Shown: piece by piece, positions 59,420 through 64,000 of the stretch | Layout of the letters: the number at the start of each line of letters is the position of its first letter | Numbering within the stretch: position 1 is the first letter of the stretch | Source of the DNA: an uncultured delta proteobacterium | Lineage (GTDB): Bacteria; Myxococcota_A; UBA9160; SZUA-336 | Direction of reading: 5' to 3' | DNA length: 64,000 bases | NCBI GenBank assembly: GCA_963704165.1 | Contig: CAVPHD010000001.1 | Span: forward strand, 352,001-416,000 | Position numbers and translations under genes: made by a program | Notes under the pieces: model-generated | Told to the model about the DNA's origin: nothing | Database searches by the model: none | What the model saw: only the letters and a program-made list of their open reading frames with translations

Positions 59420-60562
59420 ATGAACCATCCGATCATCTCCGCCGACGGTCACATCGATCTGCCCGTGCTACCCGAGAGCCTCTGGCGCGAGAACGCGCCC
59501 GCGGCGCTGCGCGATCGCATGCCGCGCGTCGTCGAGAAACCGTACGGGCGGGTCTTCGTCTCGGCCAAGGGCAAGGAGCTCGGCCTCGTCGGCGGCATGG
59601 GATCGGCGGGACGGCCGTACATTCCGGGTGAGATCCACCGTTCCGACCGCATGGCGGAGCGCGGTCTCTTCCGCGATCAGGCCGCGGGCATCATGCGCAC
59701 CGCCACGCCCGAGCTTCGCGTGCTCGATCAGGACCTCGACGGCATCTCCGCGGAAGTCGTCTATGGAATCCTCGGCGCCGGCGCGCGTCTCGACGACGAC
59801 GAGGTCTGCGCGAGCATGGTGCGCACGTACAACGCCTGGCTCGCCGACTTCTGCGCGAAGGCGCCGGGACGCTTCGCCGGAATCGGCTGTCTCGCGCACG
59901 GCGACCCGCCGCGCGCGGCCGCGGAAGTGCATCGCTGCGCGGAGCTGGGACTTGCCGGCGTCGAGCTCGGCATGACACACGACATGCTGCCGCTCTGGCA
60001 CGACGACTGGGAGCCGATCTGGCGCGCGGCCGACGAGACCGGCCTGCCCGTGCACATCCACACGACCGGACCGCGCACCGATCCACGCTGGGTCGGGAAT
60101 CCGGCGACCTATCGCCGCTGGCTCGCGACTCACATGTGCGCGTTCCAGGTGCCGATGTACGGCGTTCTCTCGGCGGTGCTCTTCGGCGGCGCGCCGGAAC
60201 GCTATCCGGGCCTGCGCGTCGTGCTCGGCGAGAGTGGGATCGGTTGGCTGCCTTACGCCATCGAACGACTCGACTACGAGTGGGAGGATCAGTTCCGAGA
60301 TCTGATTCCGCGCCGTCCGTCCGAGTACTGGCGTCGCCAGTTCTTCGCCACGTTTCAGATCGATCGAACGGGACTCGCGAATCTCGATGCAATCGGCGCC
60401 GAGACGGTCATGTGGGGCTCGGACTTCCCGCACCCCGACGGAACCTGGCCCGACTCACGCGAGATCCTGCGTCCGCAGCTCGAGCTGATCTCGGCTTCCG
60501 ATCGACGCAAAATCTTGTACGAGAACGCGAAACGCCTTTACCGATTCCCCGTCGCTGGCTAG
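59420..60562 (+). CDS. Amidohydrolase_2 family protein
   Basis: AGGAGG RBS. ISADGH, VHIH, ESGIGWLP and WGSDFPHPD. Confidence 0.92.
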   Translation: MNHPIISADGHIDLPVLPESLWRENAPAALRDRMPRVVEKPYGRVFVSAKGKELGLVGGMGSAGRPYIPGEIHRSDRMAERGLFRDQAAGIMRTATPELRVLDQDLDGISAEVVYGILGAGARLDDDEVCASMVRTYNAWLADFCAKAPGRFAGIGCLAHGDPPRAAAEVHRCAELGLAGVELGMTHDMLPLWHDDWEPIWRAADETGLPVHIHTTGPRTDPRWVGNPATYRRWLATHMCAFQVPMYGVLSAVLFGGAPERYPGLRVVLGESGIGWLPYAIERLDYEWEDQFRDLIPRRPSEYWRRQFFATFQIDRTGLANLDAIGAETVMWGSDFPHPDGTWPDSREILRPQLELISASDRRKILYENAKRLYRFPVAG

Positions 60563-60571
60563 GCTAACTGC

Positions 60572-61087
60572 ATGAATCACAGCATCTCCCGCGGGCGTCT
60601 CGGTCGCGTGATGACCGTCACTCTTCTCGCGTTCTTCGTTCCCGTCACCACGACGGCGTGCTTCGGCACGTTCCCGATCACGCGAAAGGTCTACCGCTGG
60701 AATGGAGGCGTGCACGCCGACAAGTGGATCCGCTGGATCGTCTTTCTCGGCATCAACATCGTTCCCGTCTACGCGGGCGCCGCGATCTTCGACATGGTGT
60801 TCTCGAACTCCGTCGAGTTCTGGACGGGACGGAACCCGATGGCGGCCGTGCCCGGAACGACGAAGTACGTCGAGGGTCCCGACGGCGAGCGCGCGGTGAT
60901 GACGGTGCGCGAGGATCACTCGCTCGACGTGCGGATGAGCGCGCCCGGCAAGCCCGACCAGCACTTCGTGCTCGTGCGCGAGACGGACGCGGTCGCGGCT
61001 TACGACGCGAACGGCCTGCTGCTCGCGCGCGTCGGCGACGGGCCGGATGGCGAGCCCGCCCTGCTCGCGGCCGCGATCGTCCGCTAG
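60572..61087 (+). CDS. DUF3332-like putative lipoprotein
   Basis: TTACFGTFPITRKVY.WN...PVY...D...NSVEFWTG.NP. Confidence 0.8.
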   Translation: MNHSISRGRLGRVMTVTLLAFFVPVTTTACFGTFPITRKVYRWNGGVHADKWIRWIVFLGINIVPVYAGAAIFDMVFSNSVEFWTGRNPMAAVPGTTKYVEGPDGERAVMTVREDHSLDVRMSAPGKPDQHFVLVRETDAVAAYDANGLLLARVGDGPDGEPALLAAAIVR

Positions 61088-61140
61088 CGCCGCTCCGCGA
61101 TCGCGCCTCGCCCGATTCGCGCCGCCCGGCACGCGGATGG

Positions 61141-61208
61141 GCCGGATTGTCTGGGTGGAATTGTCCGGATTCTGTCCAGATCCAATGGGATTTGAACCGG
61201 CCAATCCC
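61141..61208. promoter_or_regulatory. Putative MocR/PdxR operator-promoter
   Basis: Lower-GC patch with direct repeats ATTGTC (61146, 61160) and CCAAT (61182, 61201), plus the inverted pair GGATTG (61144)/CAATCC (61202). Confidence 0.5.
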
Positions 61209-61227
61209 GCGCCGTAGGCTCTGGGGC

Positions 61228-62736
61228 ATGCTGATCCCCATCGAGCGCGGGGCGCGCGAGCCCGTGGCCGCCCAGATCGTCTCGTACCTGCGCCGGGCGA
61301 TCGAGGCCGGGCGGCTCGAGCCCGGCAGCAAGCTCGAGCCGATCCGCGTGCTCGCGAAGCAGCTGGGCCTGAACCGCGAGACGGTCGCGACCGCCTATCG
61401 CGAGCTCGAGCAGCTCGGGTTGACCGAAGCCACCGTCGGCCGCGGAACGTTCGTGATCGGGCCGGCGGCCTCGACACCATCGCGTGTGGGCTCCGTGAAG
61501 CCGGACGAGCGCCCCTTCGAGCCGGTCTTCTCGCGCACCAGCGAGGCCGCGCGCGCGTCCGCCGTCGCACGGGTCGACTACGCCGCACCGCCCGGCGCGG
61601 TCCGCTTCGAGAGACTGATTCCCGACGGCGGCCTCTACCCGCACGAGGCCTTTCGAAAGGCGCTCAATGCGGCGCTCGCGAAGGGCGGACCGGCGTTGTA
61701 CGACTACGGCGATCCGCGCGGGCACGAAGGACTGCGGCGCGCGCTCGTCGAGCGCATGGCTCGCTCCGGCATCGAGGCCGACAGCGACGGCGTGGTGATC
61801 ACGGCCGGCGCGACGCAGGGCTTCGCGATCGCCGCGCGAATCTTCTGCGACGCCGGTGACGCGGTCGCCGTCGAGTCGCCGACCTACCCGTGGGCGTTCG
61901 CGACGCTCGCGGCCATGGGCCTGCGTGCCGCCCCGGTGCGGCTCACCGAGAACGGACTCGACCTCGATCAGCTCGACGGGATGCTCGCGCGCCGGAGCGT
62001 CCGCCTGATCTACACCATGCCGAGCTTCCACAATCCGACGGGGACGTCGAGCGATCTCGCGCACCGCAGGCGGTTGCTCGAGATCGCCGGTCGATACGGC
62101 GTGCCGATCCTCGAGGACGACTTCGAGAAGGACCTGCGCGTGCGCGGTCGCGGCGCGCCCCCACTTCGCGCGCTCGACCGTCGCGGAATCGTGTCGTATC
62201 TCGGCACGTTCTCGAAGACGCTCTTTCCGGCCGCTCGCGTCGGCTGGCTCTTCGCACCGCCCGCGATCGCGGCTGCGGCCGTGCTCGCCAAACGCACGAT
62301 GGACCTGACCACGAGCTCGCTGATCCAGGCCGGGCTCGCGGTCTTCCTGCGCGAGGGCAGCTACGACCGGCACCTGCGCCGCGTGCTGAAGGCGCTCGAA
62401 GTGCGGCTCGCGACCGCGGAGCGCGCGCTCGCGGCGTACCTCCCGGAGGGATCGACGTACACCCGCAGCGAGGGCGGCTTTCTGATCTGGGTGACGCTGC
62501 CGGATGCTCTGGACACGGCCGCGCTTCTCCCCGACGCGAAGCGGGCGGGCGTCGTCTATGCGCCGGGCGAGCTCTTCTACCCCGACGGACGCCGGAGCTC
62601 GTCCCTGCGCCTGTCGGTCGCGCAGACACCGGTGAGCGAGATCGAGCGCGGAGTGCAGATCCTGGGCGAAGTCGCGCGCGCGTCGCTCGCGCGCGGGAAG
62701 AACCGCCCGCGCACCGCCGAGGGGATTCATGTCTAG
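61228..62736 (+). CDS. MocR/GabR-family PLP-dependent transcription regulator (PdxR-like by context)
   Basis: N-terminal GntR wHTH (TVATAYREL...GRGTFV) and an aminotransferase-like domain (HNPTG, EDD, PLP lysine in GTFSKT). Confidence 0.93.
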   Translation: MLIPIERGAREPVAAQIVSYLRRAIEAGRLEPGSKLEPIRVLAKQLGLNRETVATAYRELEQLGLTEATVGRGTFVIGPAASTPSRVGSVKPDERPFEPVFSRTSEAARASAVARVDYAAPPGAVRFERLIPDGGLYPHEAFRKALNAALAKGGPALYDYGDPRGHEGLRRALVERMARSGIEADSDGVVITAGATQGFAIAARIFCDAGDAVAVESPTYPWAFATLAAMGLRAAPVRLTENGLDLDQLDGMLARRSVRLIYTMPSFHNPTGTSSDLAHRRRLLEIAGRYGVPILEDDFEKDLRVRGRGAPPLRALDRRGIVSYLGTFSKTLFPAARVGWLFAPPAIAAAAVLAKRTMDLTTSSLIQAGLAVFLREGSYDRHLRRVLKALEVRLATAERALAAYLPEGSTYTRSEGGFLIWVTLPDALDTAALLPDAKRAGVVYAPGELFYPDGRRSSSLRLSVAQTPVSEIERGVQILGEVARASLARGKNRPRTAEGIHV

Positions 62737-62890
62737 CTCGAAGGGACTGCGGTACGAGGCCTTCGATGTCTTCGCCGAGTCGCGTTGCGCGGGAAATCCA
62801 CTCGCGGTGGTCCACGCTGCAGTCTCGCTCGACACCACGACCATGCAGGGAATCGCGCGCGAGTTCGACGCGCGCGGCGAGCTGGTCTGA
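62729..62890 (+). pseudogene. Truncated PhzF-family N-terminal fragment (53 aa)
   Basis: Manual translation: MSSSKGLRYEAFDVFAESRCAGNPLAVVHAAVSLDTTTMQGIAREFDARGELV*. Confidence 0.75.
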
Positions 62891-62914
62891 GATCCACATC
62901 CGAAGGAGAGCCCC

Positions 62915-63796
62915 ATGAATGACGAGCTGTATCGCCTGAAGGTCGGACTCGCGGAGATGTTGAAAGGTGGCGTGATTCTCGACGTGACCAACGCCGATCA
63001 GGCGCGCCTGGCCGAGGACGCCGGCGCGTCCGCGGTCATGGCACTCGAACGCGTGCCCTCCGACATCCGACGCGATGGCGGGGTCGCGCGCATGGCCGCG
63101 GTCGAGGTGATCGACGCCGTACGCAGAGCCGTCTCGATTCCGGTGATGGCGAAGTGCCGGATCGGACACACGCAGGAGGCTCGGTTGCTCGAAGCGATCG
63201 GCGTGGACTTCATCGACGAGAGCGAAGTGCTGACGCCCGCCGACGACGAACACCACGTCGACAAGTCCGCATTCCGCTCGCCGTTCGTCTGCGGCGCGCG
63301 GGATCTCGGCGAAGCCCTGCGGCGGATCGGCGAGGGCGCCGCGATGATCCGCACCAAGGGCGAGGCCGGAAGCGGGAACATCGTCGAGGCCGTGCGCCAC
63401 CTTCGGCGCTTGGGCCGCGAGATGCGCGCGCTCGCGCAGGCGCCGCGCGACGAGCTGATGGCGCGAGCGAAGGAGTACGCTGCTCCCTACGAGCTCGTGC
63501 TCCGCGTGGCCGCGCTCGGCGCGCTGCCCGTTCCGAACTTCGCCGCCGGAGGCATCGCCACTCCCGCCGACGCCGCGCTGTGTATGTCGCTCGGTGCGCA
63601 AGCGGTCTTCGTCGGCTCCGGGATCTTCAAGTCGGCCGATCCGGCCGCGCGCGCCCGCGCGATCGTGCGCGCGACCACGCACTGGCAGGAGCCCAAGGAA
63701 GTGCTCGAGGCTTCGCGCGGGCTCGGCGATGCCATGCCGGGGCTCTCGATGGAGTCGATCCCGGAATCGGAGCGGCTTTCGGGGCGCGGCTGGTGA
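62915..63796 (+). CDS. pdxS: Pyridoxal 5'-phosphate synthase, synthase subunit
   Basis: [52 protein letters not shown], ending RGW. Confidence 0.98.
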   Translation: MNDELYRLKVGLAEMLKGGVILDVTNADQARLAEDAGASAVMALERVPSDIRRDGGVARMAAVEVIDAVRRAVSIPVMAKCRIGHTQEARLLEAIGVDFIDESEVLTPADDEHHVDKSAFRSPFVCGARDLGEALRRIGEGAAMIRTKGEAGSGNIVEAVRHLRRLGREMRALAQAPRDELMARAKEYAAPYELVLRVAALGALPVPNFAAGGIATPADAALCMSLGAQAVFVGSGIFKSADPAARARAIVRATTHWQEPKEVLEASRGLGDAMPGLSMESIPESERLSGRGW

Positions 63797-64000
63797 GAGT
63801 GGCCGTGCTGGCGCTGCAAGGCGACTTCGAGGCGCACGCGCGCGCGCTTCGGTGCATCGGCGCCGAGCCCGAGCTCGCGCGCGCGCCAGCGGACCTCGCG
63901 GCAACCGACGCGCTCGTGCTTCCCGGCGGTGAATCCACCGCGATGCTTCGCGGGCTCGAGCGAGGCGGGCTCGAGCCCGCGATCCAACGGTTTCTCGCGT
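63793..64000 (+). CDS. pdxT: PLP synthase glutaminase subunit (5' part)
   Basis: GTGA overlap with the pdxS stop. [10 protein letters not shown]...[11 protein letters not shown]. Confidence 0.93.
   Translation, partial: MRVAVLALQGDFEAHARALRCIGAEPELARAPADLAATDALVLPGGESTAMLRGLERGGLEPAIQRFLA

Noticed and set aside
1..64000. CRISPR array, tRNA/rRNA, IS element, integrase, prophage
   Set aside because: I recognised no regularly spaced repeats, structural RNA signatures, or recombinase or phage genes by eye. Intergenic gaps are mostly under 200 bp. A covariance-model search would be needed to exclude small RNAs.

Overview
Very GC-rich, densely coding bacterial DNA. The gene content would fit a Myxococcota/deltaproteobacterial-type environmental genome (inference only). 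About 50 genes. I recognised no rRNA, tRNA, CRISPR array, integrase or transposase. Most of the window is metabolic, envelope or transport genes: acyl-CoA dehydrogenase, MtgA, crotonase, hybrid kinase, ABC, RND and MMPL transporters, P450, two esterases, PPK2, PPase, MscL, a PQQ quinohemoprotein and a MocR-pdxS-pdxT operon. The standout region is a co-oriented candidate defence island at about 9.7-17.9 kb. It holds a NERD-SF1 helicase, an unannotated 323-aa protein that looks like a helical DNA-glycosylase-like domain fused to a HEPN (RxxxxH) domain, an HNH nuclease, a class II Fic protein and a PLD-SF2 helicase-DUF3427 (SauUSI-like) enzyme, with no methyltransferase. The ORF track misses or splits three things: a membrane-anchored peroxiredoxin-like selenoprotein (in-frame UGA in W-U-P-F-C followed by a SECIS-like hairpin), a truncated PhzF remnant in the pdx operon, and a 30-aa lipoprotein-like ORF. 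A K+-channel domain and a pyrophosphatase read as one ORF, which may be an artefact. About nine genes carry frameshifts. Those I could reconstruct are single-base insertions, which points to sequencing error rather than pseudogenes. All family assignments come from motif recognition by eye, not from database searches.
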